In this document: one piece after another, positions 24,558 to 38,841 of the stretch
How positions within the stretch are numbered: the stretch's first letter is position 1
How the letters are laid out: each line of letters begins with the position of its first letter
Source of the DNA: Squalus acanthias
Lineage: Eukaryota
DNA length: 64,000 bases
Direction of reading: 5' to 3'
NCBI GenBank assembly: GCA_030390025.1
Contig: CM059443.1
Location: 38,750,001 to 38,814,000 of the forward strand
The notes under the pieces: model-generated
What the model was told of the DNA's origin: nothing
What the model saw: only the letters and a program-made list of their open reading frames with translations
The model's database searches: none
Made by a program: the position numbers and the translations under genes

Positions 24558-25374
24558 GCACTGGTGCTGATGCCCTCACTCAGGGCACAGTGTGGTTGAC
24601 GAGGTCGGACTGTGGGCAGAGATGGAGCATTGGGTTCACACATGAGAAGTGGTTAAACCCACTGACCGGTGAACACATGCATAAGCTGGAGCCTCAACGG
24701 CGCCAATTGTCTGCCTGCCAGAGCATAGCTGGTGGGCAACACAGCGAGCTGGCTATAAAAAGAGTTAGTGATCAAACCTTCCGGACTCACCAAGGGACTT
24801 AGTCGCTGAGAAGGATGTTTACGTGGAATTGAATTGCTATGAGTCGGGTGAAGCAGGTCTCCTGAGGTGTGTGGGCGGCTGCTTCAGTTCCCTGACCCTC
24901 TCAGCTGTTGTACAAGCCTCCTCCCAACTCTCCTAGCGGAGTCCTTCTGTGCCTCTCTCCGAGTGGTCCCGTGTTTCCGAGCCTCGAGCGGGAGGAGGGG
25001 GGTGGGGGTAGGTTTGGCATCGTAGCCCACCCCGATTCTGCCCCCACTCCCCTCTGCACTCAACAGTGATCGGGACCGGGCACTCCAGCTGATCTTATCC
25101 CTTGCTGGGGTCCTGAGGCCAACTGCCCCTCCCCCCCCCCCATCCCGGCTTGCCTTACTGAGATCAGCGAGCTCGCCACAAACCCTTGCTAGAACCTGGC
25201 CCTTTCCTGACTGTGTGGCTCTGGAAGGGTAATTTAAACCTAACCCATCCGGCTGCAAAATGACGGGATCGATCTGGGCAGTCACTTTACACCCGTGACC
25301 CCCTCGAGCCCAGACTTCACCCAACATTCAAGTCAACGGAAAGTAAAAGCAGGCAGGTGGTCTTCAGATTAAGA

Positions 25375-25808
25375 AAGACTTGCATTTCTATCGCGCCTTT
25401 CACCACCTCAGGATGTCCAAATGCGCTTTACAGCCAATGAAGTACTTTTGAAGTGTTGCAATGTAGGAAACGCGGCAGCCAATTTGCGCACAGCAAGCTC
25501 CCACAAACAGCAGCATGATAAACGGCCAAATAAACTGTTTCTTCGTGATATTTGTTGGCCAGGATGCTGGGGAGAACTCCTCTGCTCTTCTTCGAATAGT
25601 GGCCATGGGATCTTTTATATCCACCTGAGAGAGCAGACGGGGCCTCGGGTTTAACATCTCACCTGAAAGACGGCACCTCCGACAGTGCAGCGCTCCCTCC
25701 CTCAGCACGAGAGTGTCAGCCGAGCTTTATTTGTTCAAGTCACTGGAGTGAGACTTGAACCCACAATCTTCTGACTCAGGGTCGAGCATGCTACGCACTG
25801 AGCCACAG
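25375..25808 (-). mobile_element. Near full-length Deu-SINE (SacSINE1-like)
   Basis: Reverse complement of the SINE at 22930, including the tRNA head. Confidence 0.88.
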
Positions 25809-26110
25809 ATAACAATTACCATTAAAGTTTATATTAACTAGTGAGACTGCATGTTACCACCGAGTGTGATTACAACAAAGCATCACCATCCCGTTTATGT
25901 GCCTATATTTTGAGAGCATAAAAGGCTGTGCCACAATATAACCGATCCCAGTGGGAATATAAGGAAGAAAGTAAGTAGGAAAATCTCCTTTCGGAGTTCC
26001 CCTTAAATCCATTTCGTGTTTCGGCTGGTCACGAAAAAAACAGCAGCACCGGCAAAGTCTGAGCTGAAGGTGGCAGCGTTGTGCAGAATCTCTGTGAGTG
26101 TCCCAGTCCG

Positions 26111-29100
26111 AACCTGCCCAACACAAACCCCCGACCCTGAATAACACAAACCCCCGACCCTGTATAACACAAACCCCCGACCCTGTATAACACAAACCCC
26201 CGACCCTGCCCAACACAAACCCCCGACCCAGCCCAACACAAACCCCCGACCCTGCCCAACACAAAACCCCGACCCTGTATAACACAAACCCCCAACCCTG
26301 TATAACACAAACCCCCAACCCTGTATAACACAAACCCCCGACCCTCCCAACACAAACCCCAGATCCTCCCAACACAAACGCCCGACCCTGTATAACACAA
26401 ACCCCCGACCCTGCCCAACACAAACCCCCGACCCTGTATAACACAAACCCCCGACCCAGCCCAACACAAAACCCCGACCCTGTATAACACAAACCCCCGA
26501 CCCAGCCCAACACAAACCCCCGACCCTGCCCAACACAAACCCCCGACCCTGTATAACACAAACCCCCGACCCAGCCCAACACAAACCCCCGACCCTCCCA
26601 ACACAAACCTCAGATCCTCCCAACACAAACCCCCGACCCTGTATAACACAAACCCCCGACCCTGTATAACACAAACCCCCGACCCTGCCCAACACAAACC
26701 CCCGACCCTGCCCAACACAAACCCCCGACCCTGTATAACACAAACCCCCGACCCAGCCCAACACAAACCCCCGACCCTGCCCAACACAAACCCCCGACCC
26801 TGTATAACACAAACCCCCGACCCAGCCCAACACAAACCCCCGACCCTCCCAACACAAACCCCAGATCCTCCCAACACAAACGCCCGACCCTGTATAACAC
26901 AAACCCCCGACCCTGTATAACACAAACCCCCGACCCAGTATAACACAAACGCCCGACCCTGTATAACACAAACCCCTGACCCTGCCCAACACAAACGCCC
27001 GACCCTGTATAACACAAACCCCTGACCCTGTATAACACAAACCCCAGATCCTCCCAACACAAACCCCCGACCCTGTATAACACAACCCCCCGACCCAGCC
27101 CAACAAAAACCCCCGACCCTGTATAACACAAACCCCCGACTCTGTATAACACAAACCCCCGACCCTCCCAACACAAACCCCAGATCCTCCCAACACAAAC
27201 CCCCGACCCTGTATAACACAAACCCCCGACCCTGTATAACACAAACCCCCGACCCAGTATAACACAAACCCCCGACCCTGCCCAACACAAACCCCCGACC
27301 CTGCCCAACACAAACCCCCGACCCTGTATAACACAAACCCCCGACCCTGTATAACACAAACCCCCGACCCTGCCCAACACAAACCCCCGACCCTGTATAA
27401 CACAAACCCCCGACCCAGCCCAACACAAACCCCCGACCCTCCCAACACAAACCCCCGACCCTGAATAACACAAACCCCCGACCCTGCCCAACACAAAACC
27501 CCGACCCTGTATAACACAAACCCCCGACCCAGCCCAACACAAACCCCCGACCCTCCCAACACAAACCCCCGACCCTGAATAACACAAACCCCCGACCCTG
27601 AATAACACAAACCCCCGACCCTGTATAACACAAACCCCCGACCCTGCCCAACACAAACCCCCGACCCAGCCCAACACAAACCCCCGACCCTGCCCAACAC
27701 AAAACCCCGACCCTGTATAACACAAACCCCCAACCCTGTATAACACAAACCCCCAACCCTGTATAACACAAACCCCCGACCCTCCCAACACAAACCCCAG
27801 ATCCTCCCAACACAAACGCCCGACCCTGTATAACACAAACCCCCGACCCTGAATAACACAAACCCCCGACCCTGCCCAACACAAACCCCCGACCCTGTAT
27901 AACACAAACCCCCGACCCAGCCCAACACAAAACCCCGACCCTGTATAACACAAACCCCCGACCCAGCCCAACACAAACCCCCGACCCTGCCCAACACAAA
28001 CCCCCGACCCTCCCAACACAAACCCCCGACCCTGTATAACACAAACCCCCGACCCTGTATAACACAAACCCCCGACCCAGCCCAACACAAACCCCCGACC
28101 CTCCCAACACAAACCCCAGATCCTCCCAACACAAACCCCCGACCCTGTATAACACAAACCCCCGACCCTGCCCAACACAAACCCCCGACCCAGCCCAACA
28201 CAAAACCCCGACCCTGCCCAACACAAACCCCCGACCCTGTATAACACAAACCCCCGACCCAGCCCAACACAAACCCCCGACCCTCCCAACACAAACCCCA
28301 GATCCTCCCAACACAAACCCCCGACCCTGTATAACACAAACCCCCGACCCTGTATAACACAAACCCCTGACCCTGCCCAACACAAACGCCCGACCCTGTA
28401 TAACACAAACCCCCGACTCTGTATAACACAAACCCCTGACCCTGCCCAACACAAACGCCCGACCCTGTATAACACAAACCCCCGACCCTGTATAACACAA
28501 ACCTCCGACCCAGCCCAACACAAACCCCCGACCCTCCCAACACAAACCCCAGATCCTCCCAACACAAACCCCCGACCCTGTATAACACAAACCCCCGACC
28601 CTGTATAACACAAACCCCCGACCCAGTATAACACAAACCCCCGACCCTGTATAACACAAACCCCCGACCCAGTATAACACAAACCCCCGACCCTCCCAAC
28701 ACAAACCCCAGATCCTCCCAACACAAACCCCCGACCCTGTATAACACAAACCCCCGACCCTGTATAACACAAACCCCCGACCCAGTATAACACAAACCCC
28801 CGACCCTGCCCAACACAAACCCCCGACCCTGTATAACACAAACCCCCGACCCAGCCCAACACAAACCCCCGACCCTCCCAACACAAACCCCCGACCCTGT
28901 ATAACACAAACCCCCGACCCTGTATAACACAAACCCCCGACCCAGTATAACACAAACGCCCGACCCTGTATAACACAAACCCCTGACCCTGCCCAACACA
29001 AACGCCCGACCCTGTATAACACAAACCCCTGACCCTGTATAACACAAACCCCCGACCCTGCCCAACACAAACGCCCGACCCTGTATAACACAAACCCCTG

Positions 29101-32100
29101 ACCCTGTATAACACAAACCCCCGACCCTCCCAACACAAACCCCAGATCCTCCCAACACAAACCCCCGACCCTGTATAACACAAACCCCCGACCCTGTATA
29201 ACACAAACCCCCGACCCAGCCCAACACAAACCCCCGACCCTGTATAACACAAACCCCCGACCCTGTATAACATAAACCCCCAACCCTGTATAACACAAAC
29301 CCCCAACCCTGTATAACACAAACCCCCAACCCTGTATAACACAAACCCCCAACCCTGTATAACACAAACCCCCAACCCTGTATAACACAAACCCCCGACC
29401 CTCCCAACACAAACCCCAGATCCTCCCAACACAAACGCCCGACCCTGTAGAACACAAACCCCCGACCCTGCCCAACACAAACCCCCGACCCTGTATAACA
29501 CAAACCCCCGACCCTCCCAACACAAACCCCAGATCCTCCCAACACAAACGCCCGACCCTGTAGAACACAAACCCCCGACCCTGCCCAACACAAACCCCCG
29601 ACCCTGTATAACACAAACCCCCGACCCTCCCAACACAAACCCCAGATCCTCCCAACACAAACGCCCGACCCTGTAGAACACAAACCCCCGACCCTGCCCA
29701 ACACAAACCCCCGACCCTGTATAACACAAACCCCCGACCCTCCCAACACAAACCCCAGATCCTCCCAACACAAACGCCCGACCCTGTAGAACACAAACCC
29801 CCGACCCTGCCCAACACAAACCCCCGACCCTGTATAACAGAAACCCCCGACTCTGTATAACACAAACCCCCGACCCTGTATAACACAAACCCCCGACCCT
29901 GAATAACACAAACCCCTGACCCTGTATAGCACAAACCCCCGACCCTGAATAACACAAACCCTGACCCTGTATAACACAAACCCCCGACTCTGTATAACAC
30001 AAACCCCCGACCCTGTATAACACAAACCCCCAACCCTGTACAACACAAACCCCCAACCCTGTATAACACAAACCCCCAACCCTGCCCAACACAAACCCCC
30101 GACCCTGCCCAACACAAACCCCCGACCCTGTATAACACAAACCCCCGACCCTACCAACAAAAACCCCAGATCCTCCCAACACAAACCCCCGACCCTGTAT
30201 AACACAAACCCCCGACCCTGTATAACACAAACCCCCGACCCAGTATAACACAAACACCCGACCCTGTATAACACAAACCCCAGATCCTCCCAACACAAAC
30301 CCCCGACCCTGTATAACAGAAACCCCCGACTCTGTATAACACAAACCCCCGACCCTGTATAACACAAACCCCCGACCCTCCCAACACAAACCCCAGATCC
30401 TCCCAACACAAACGCCCGACCCTGTAGAACACAAACCCCCGACCCTCCCAACACAAACCCCAGATCCTCCCAACACAAACGCCCGACCCTGTAGAACACA
30501 AACCCCCGACCCTGTATAGCACAAACCCCCGACCCTGAATAACACAAACCCCCGACCCTGTATAACACAAACCCCCGACCCTCCCAACACAAACCCCAGA
30601 TCCTCCCAACACAAACGCCCGACCCTGTATAACACAAACCCCCGACCCTGCCCAACACAAACCCCCGACCCTGTATAACACAAACCCCCGACCCTCCCAA
30701 CACAAACCCCCGACCCTGCCCAACACAAACCCCCGACCCTGTATAACACAAACCCCCGACCCTGTATAACACAAACCCCCGACCCTGTATAACACAAACC
30801 CCCGACCCTCCCAACACAAACCCCAGATCCTCCCAACACAAACGCCCGACCCTGTAGAACACAAACCCCCGACCCTGTATAGCACAAACCCCCGACCCTG
30901 AATAACACAAACCCCCGACCCTGTATAACACAAACCCCCGACCCTCCCAACACAAACCCCAGATCCTCCCAACACAAACGCCCGACCCTGTATAACACAA
31001 ACCCCCGACCCTGCCCAACACAAACCCCCGACCCTGTATAACACAAACCCCCGACCCTCCCAACACAAACCCCAGATCCTCCCAACACAAACGCCCGACC
31101 CTGTAGAACACAAACCCCCGACCCTGCCCAACACAAACCCCCGACCCTGTATAACACAAACCCCCGACCCTGCCCAACACAAACCCCCGACTCTGTATAA
31201 CACAAACCCCCGACCCTGAATAACACAAACCCCTGACCCTGTATAACACAAACCCCCGACCCTCCCAACACAAACCCCAGATCCTCCCAACACAAACGCC
31301 CGACCCTGTATAACACAAACCCCCGACCCTGCCCAACACAAACCCCCGACCCTGTATAACACAAACCCCCAACCCAGCCCAACACAAAACCCCGACCCTG
31401 TATAACACAAACCCCCGACTCTGTATAACACAAACCCCCGACCCTGTATAACACAAACCCCCGACCCTGAATAACACAAACCCCTGACCCTGTATAACAC
31501 AAACCCCCGACCCTCCCAACACAAACCCCAGATCCTCCCAACACAAACGCCCGACCCTGTATAACACAAACCCCCGACCCTCCCAACACAAACCCCAGAT
31601 CCTCCCAACACAAACGCCCGACCCTGTAGAACACAAACCCCCGACCCTGCCCAACACAAACCCCCGACCCTGTATAACACAAACCCCCGACCCTGTATAA
31701 CACAAACCCCCGACCCTGCCCAACACAAACCCCCGACCCAGTATAACACAAACACCCGACCCAGCCCAACACAAACGCCCGACCCTGTAGAACACAAACC
31801 CCCGACCCTGCCCAACACAAACCCCCGACCCTGTATAACAGAAACCCCCGACTCTGTATAACACAAACCCCCGACCCTGTATAACACAAACCCCCGACCC
31901 TGAATAACACAAACCCCTGACCCTGTATAACACAAACCCCCGACCCTCCCAACACAAACCCCAGATCCTCCCAACACAAACGCCCGACCCTGTATAACAC
32001 AAACCCCCGACCCTGCCCAACACAAACCCCCGACCCTGTATAACAGAAACCCCCGACTCTGTATAACACAAACCCCCGACCCTGTATAACACAAACCCCC

Positions 32101-35100
32101 GACCCTGAATAACACAAACCCCTGACCCTGTATAGCACAAACCCCCGACCCTGAATAACACAAACCCCCGACCCTGAATAACACAAACCCCCGACCCTGA
32201 ATAACACAAACCCCTGACCCTGTATAGCACAAACCCCCGACCCTGAATAACACAAACCCCCGACCCTGAATAACACAAACCCCTGACCCTGTATAACACA
32301 AACACCCGACCCTGTATAACACAAACTGCCGACCCGGCCCAACACAAACTCCCGACCCTGCTCAACACAAACCCCCGACCCTCCCAACACAAACCCCAGA
32401 TCCTCCCAACACAAACCCCCGACCCTGTATAACACAAACCCCTGACCCTGTATAACACAAACCCCCGACCCTGTATAACACAAACCCCCAACCCAGCCCA
32501 ACACAAAACCCCGACCCTGTATAACACAAACCCCCGACCCTGCCCAACACAAACGCCTGACCCTGTATAACACAAACCCCGACCCTGTATAACACAAACC
32601 CCCAACCCTGTATAACACAAACCCTCGACCCTGTATAACACAAACCCCCAACCCTGCCCAACACAAACCCCCGACCCTGAATAACACAAACCCCCGACCC
32701 TCCCAACACAAACCCCCGACCCTGTATAACACAAAACCCCGACCCTGTATAACACAAACCCCCGACCCTGTATAACACAAACCCCCGACCCTGAATAACA
32801 CAAACCCCTGACCCTGTATAACACAAACACCCGACCCTGTATAACACAAACTGCCGACCCGGCCCAACACAAACTCCCGACCCTGCTCAACACAAACCCC
32901 CGACCCTCCCAACACAAACCCCAGATCCTCCCAACACAAACGCCCGACCCTGTATAACACAAACCCCCGACCCTGCCCAACACAAACCCCCGACCCTGTA
33001 TAACACAAACCCCCAACCCAGCCCAACACAAAACCCCGACCCTGTATAACACAAACCCCCGACTCTGTATAACACAAACCCCCGACCCTGTATAACACAA
33101 ACCCCCGACCCTGAATAACACAAACCCCTGACCCTGTATAACACAAACCCCCGACCCTCCCAACACAAACCCCAGATCCTCCCAACACAAACGCCCGACC
33201 CTGTATAACACAAACCCCCGACCCTCCCAACACAAACCCCAGATCCTCCCAACACAAACGCCCGACCCTGTAGAACACAAACCCCCGACCCTGCCCAACA
33301 CAAACCCCCGACCCTGTATAACACAAACCCCCGACCCTGTATAACACAAACCCCCGACCCTGCCCAACACAAACCCCCGACCCAGTATAACACAAACACC
33401 CGACCCTGTATAACACAAACCCCAGATCCTCCCAACACAAACGCCCGACCCTGTATAACACAAACCCCCGACCCTGCCCAACACAAACCCCCGACCCTGT
33501 ATAACACAAACCCCCGACTCTGTATAACACAAACCCCCGACCCTGTATAACACAAACCCCCGACCCTGAATAACACAAACCCCTGACCCTGTATAGCACA
33601 AACCCCCGACCCTGAATAACACAAACCCCCGACCCTGAATAACACAAACCCCTGACCCTGTATAACACAAACACCCGACCCTGTATAACACAAACTGCCG
33701 ACCCGGCCCAACACAAACTCCCGACCCTGCTCAACACAAACCCCCGACCCTCCCAACACAAACCCCAGATCCTCCCAACACAAACCCCTGACCCTGTATA
33801 ACACAAACACCCGACCCTGTATAACACAAACTGCCGACCCGGCCCAACACAAACCCCCGACCCAGCTCAACACAAACCCCCAACCCTGTATAACACAAAC
33901 CCCCAACCCTGTATAACACAAACCCCCAACCCTGTATAACACTAACCCCCGACCCTGCACAACACAAACCCCCGACCCTGTCCAACACAAACCCCCAACC
34001 CGGCCCAACACAAACCCAAGACCCAGCCCAACACAAACCCCCGACCCTGCCCAACACAAACCCCCGACCCTGTATAACACAAACCCCTGACCCTGAATAA
34101 CACAAACCCCTGACCCTGTATAGCACAAACTGCCGACCCGGCCCAACACAAACTCCCGACCCTGCTCAACACAAACCCCCAACCCTGCCCAACACAAACC
34201 CCCGACCCTGTATAACACAAACCCCTGACCCTGTATAACACAAACACCCGACCCTGTATAACACAAACTGCCGACCCGGCCCAACACAAACTCCCGACCC
34301 TGCTCAACACAAACCCCCAACCCTGCCCAACACAAACTCCCGACCCGGCCCAACACAAACTCCCGACCCTGCCCAACACAAACCCCCGACCCAGCTCAAC
34401 ACAAACCCCCAACCCTGTATAACACAAACCCCCAACCCTGTATAACACAAACCCCCAACCCTGTATAACACTAACCCCCGACCCTGCACAACACAAACCC
34501 CCGACCCTGTCCAACACAAACCCCCAACCCGGCCCAACACAAACCCAAGACCCAGCCCAACACAAACCCCCGACCCTGCCCAACACAAACCCCCGACCCT
34601 GCCCAACACAAACCCCCAACCCTGTATAACACAAACCCCCAACCCTGCCCAACACAAACCCCAGATCCTCCCAACACAAACCCCCGACCCTGTATAACAC
34701 AAACCCCTGACCCTGTATAACACAAATCCCCGACCCTGTATAACACAAACCCCCAACCCTGCCCAACACAAACTCCCGACCCTCCCAACACAAACCCCAG
34801 ATCCTCCCAACACAAACCCCCGACCCTGTATAACACAAACCCCCGACCCTGCCCAACACAAACCCCCGACCCTGTATAACACAAACCCCCAACCCAGCCC
34901 AACACAAACCCCTGACCCTGCCCAACACAAACCCCCGACCCTGTATAACACAAACCCCCGACCCTGCCCAACACAAACCCCCGACCCTGTATAACACAAA
35001 CCCCCGACCCTGCCCAACACAAACCCCCGACCCTGTATAACACAAACCCCTGACCCTGTATAACACAAACACCCGACCCTGTATAACACAAACTGCCGAC

Positions 35101-36459
35101 CCGGCCCAACACAAACTCCCGACCCTGCTCAACACAAACCCCCAACCCTGCCCAACACAAACTCCCGACCCGGCCCAACACAAACTCCCGACCCTGTATA
35201 ACACAAACCCCCGACCCTGCCCAACACAAACCCCCGACCCTGTATAACACAAACCCCTGACCCTGTATAACACAAACACCCGACCCTGTATAACACAAAC
35301 TGCCGACCCGGCCCAACACAAACTCCCGACCCTGCTCAACACAAACCCCCAACCCTGCCCAACACAAACTCCCGACCCGGCCCAACACAAACTCCCGACC
35401 CTGCCCAACACAAACCCCCGACCCAGCTCAACACAAACCCCCAACCCTGTATAACACAAACCCCCAACCCTGTATAACACAAACCCCCAACCCTGTATAA
35501 CACTAACCCCCGACCCTGCACAACACAAACCCCCGACCCTGTCCAACACAAACCCCCAACCCGGCCCAACACAAACCCAAGACCCAGCCCAACACAAACC
35601 CCCGACCCTGCCCAACACAAACCCCCAACCCTGCCCAACACAAACCCCCGACCCTGTATAACACAAACTCCCGACCCGGCCCAACACAAACTCCCGACCC
35701 TGCTCAACACAAACTCCCGACCCTGTATAACACAAACCCCCGACCCTGCCCAACACAAACACAAGACCCTGCCCAACACAAACCCCCGACCCTGTATAAC
35801 ACAAACCCCCGACCCTGCCCAACACAAACCCCCGACCCTGTATAACACAAACCCCCGACCCTGCCCAACACAAACCCCCGACCCTGCCCAACACAAACCC
35901 CCAACCCAGCCCAACACAAACCCCCGACCTTGTATAACACAAACCCCCGACCCTGCCCAACACAAACTCCCGACCCTGTATAACACAAACCCCCGACCCT
36001 GCCCAACACAAACACAAGACCCAGCCCAACACAAACCCCCGACCCAGCCCAACACAAACCCAAGACCCGGCCCAACACAAACCCAAGACCCGGCCCAACA
36101 CAAACCCCCGACCCTGTATAACACAAACCCCTGACCCTGTATAACACAAACCCCCGACCCTGTATAACACAAACCCCCGACCCTGCCCAACACAAACCCC
36201 CGACCCTGTATAACACAAACCCCCGACCCTGCCCAACACAAACTCCCGACCCTGTATAACACAAACCCCCGACCCTGCCCAACACAAACTCCCGACCCTG
36301 TATAACACAAACCCCCGACCCAGCCCAACACAAACCCAAGACCCGGCCCAACACAAACCCAAGACCCTGTATAACACAAACCCCCGACCCTGTATAACAC
36401 AAACCCCCGACCCTGCCCAACACATCCCCAAGACCCAGCCCAACACAAACCCCCGACCC
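26111..36459. repeat. 10.3-kb satellite of 22-23-bp monomers (AACACAAACCCCCGACCCTGTAT and variants)
   Basis: Directly visible. All minus-strand Gly/Val/Cys ORFs here are repeat artefacts. Confidence 0.98.
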
Positions 36460-36774
36460 TTCCACTGCAGAGGAGCCCAGTTCTGTTCTCTCAGCCATGT
36501 TTACACATTGTCGCTCCCCCTGAGACTGGAGGCTGTTGAAACAAAAAATGAAGTTGATAAATGAAAGATTAATTGCCGGCATCTTGAGTTTTAGGATAAA
36601 TCTGCTTCTGATAACTTCAGAAATTACTCAACTCTCACAGACTGCCTCTGACATAGGCCCAGTCTGACTGCGGATATTCAGTGTGTTTTATACAAAAGCC
36701 CAGCATTATTGCGGCCAATTTTAATTTTATGTGGACAACATAATAAACCCATTCCATGTCATCTACTCACTCCC

Positions 36775-37230
36775 TTACTATCAGGAAAGGCTGAACAGGC
36801 TGGGGCTCTTCTCTCTAGAACAGAGAAGGCTGAGGGGTGACCTGATAGAGATCTTTAAAATTATGACAGGGTTTGATAGGGTAAAAGTAGAGAAGATGCT
36901 TCCACTTGAGGGGGAGACCAGAACTAGGGGCCATAAAAATAAGTGAGTCATGAATAAATCCAATAGGGAATTCAGGAGAAACTTCTTTACCCAGAGAGTG
37001 GTGAGAATGTGGAACTCGCTGCCGCAGGGAGTGGTTGAGGCGAATAGCAAAGATGCATTTAAGGGGAAGCTGGATAAACACATGAGGGAGAAAGGAATAG
37101 GAGGATGTGCTGATAGGGTGAAATGAAGAGGGGTGGGAGGAGGCTCGTGTGGAGCAGAAACACCAGCACGGACCAGTTGGGCCGAATGGCCTGTTTCTGT
37201 GCTGTACATTCAACGTCATTCTACGTAGCT
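36775..37230 (+). mobile_element. CR1 LINE 3' end
   Basis: YQERLNRLGLFSLEQRRLRGDLIEIFKIM...TRGH; CR1 3'UTR. Confidence 0.9.
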
Positions 37231-37944
37231 CGATGTAACTTTACGTAACATGCATAGGGTGAGGAAACTGCGGTAGGTCAATTTGTACGTCACAATTGCA
37301 GTCAATGCTCATGTACGCCAGTAATGGCCCTACGGGACACTGAGCAATGTTACCCCTAATTTTTTTTTCCGCGCGTGGTCCCTTTAAAGGGCTGCCAGGC
37401 CCATTCAAAATGTCAGGCACGCGCGAAATGTCCCATTGAAAAGCCGGCGATCGGCCTGCGCGGGACCGCCAGACAGCCGCGCGGCCGCATAGCATAGCGG
37501 GAACGTTGGCAGCGAGTGAGCCAACGCCACCGTAAGGCCATTCTGGCTCTGTTTTTGCCAGGCAGAGTACATTATAATCAGAAACACTGTGTGACATTCA
37601 TTGTTATACACGCGGGCCCATTCTCCCTGTATTATATATACAGGGCCGTACCCACTGTGTAACATTCAAGGTGTTATATACTCAGCACTAAGCACGGAGT
37701 AAAGCTCCCTCGACACTGTCCCATCAAACACTCCCAGGGCAGGTACAGCACGGGTTAGATACAGAGTAAAGCTCCCTCTACACTGCCCCATCAAACACTC
37801 CCAGGGCAGGTAAACATGAAGTCAGTGGTCCTTTAAGGCGTTAAGCAAATCAACGCCACCAGACGCATTCATCAGGGTTGGTGTTAACGTACCTGTTGAT
37901 ATGTATCGCTCAGGGTCTTTTGGGTGTAGTCAGTACTCTTAGTC

Positions 37945-38560
37945 CCGTTCACCCATGACCCCTGTGCTCGCTGACCGACATTGGCTCCCAGTCTGGCAAC
38001 GCCTCAATTTTAAAATTTTCATCCTTGTTTTCAAAACCCTCCGTGGTCTCGCCCCTCCCTATCTCTGTGACCTCCTCTAGCCTTACAACCCCCCGAGATC
38101 TCTGCGCTCCTCCAATTCTGGCTTCTTGAGCATCCCCGATTTCCATCGCTCCACCATTGGCGGCCGTGCCTTCAGCTGGCTGGGCCCTAAGCTCTGGAAT
38201 TCCCTCCCTAAACCTCTCCACCTCTCCACCTCTCTGTCCTCCTTTAAGATACTCCGTAAAAGCTTTTGGTCACCTGTCCTCAATGTTCCCTTTAAGCTGC
38301 GTGGCGGCGCAGCGCTCTAGAAGACCCCCGCAGCCGGTGGGCCGACTTTTACATGCATCAACGACGCGTGCGCGGATCATTGAATGGGCCTCCCGGCCCC
38401 TTTGGCCCCCCTAAAAAATTAAATCGAACATTGCCTGTCCTGATATCTCCTTATGTGACTCGGTGTCAAATTTTGTTTGATAATCGCTCCTGTGAAGTTG
38501 CCTCGGGACGTTTCATTACCGCAAGGGCGCTATAGAAATGCAAGATGTTGTTTTTGTTGT
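37945..38560 (+). mobile_element. L2 LINE 3' end, interrupted by a hAT MITE
   Basis: IPDFHRSTIGGRAFSWLGPKLWNSLP; tail ggcgctatagaaatgcaag... Confidence 0.88.
38281..38433. mobile_element. hAT-type MITE (153 bp); older related copy at about 37345-37508
   Basis: TIRs CAATGTTC / GAACATTG; perfect 8-bp TSD CCTGTCCT (38273-38280, 38434-38441). Confidence 0.85.
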
Positions 38561-38841
38561 AGTGCTCGTTCACTCCAATGTTGCTTCATTCAATCATTCA
38601 TTCAAATTTATTCCCCGGGTGTGGGCGTCGCTGCCAAGGCCGGCATTTATTGCCCGTCCGCGAGTTGTCCTGTGAAGGTGGTGGTGGGCCGCCTTCTTGA
38701 ACCGCTGCAATGTAGCAGTTTGATACAACTGAGTGGCTTGCTAGGCTGGCAGTCAATCACGTTTTTGTGGTGATGGAGTCACATAAAGGCCCAGACTGGG
38801 TAAGGACGGCAGCTTTCCTTCCCTTAATGTATCCTACATTG

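Noticed and set aside
25854-36582. Gly/Val/Cys-rich minus-strand ORFs up to 2562 aa (keratin-associated-like appearance)
   Set aside because: 22-23-bp satellite; every frame gives the same permuted peptide.
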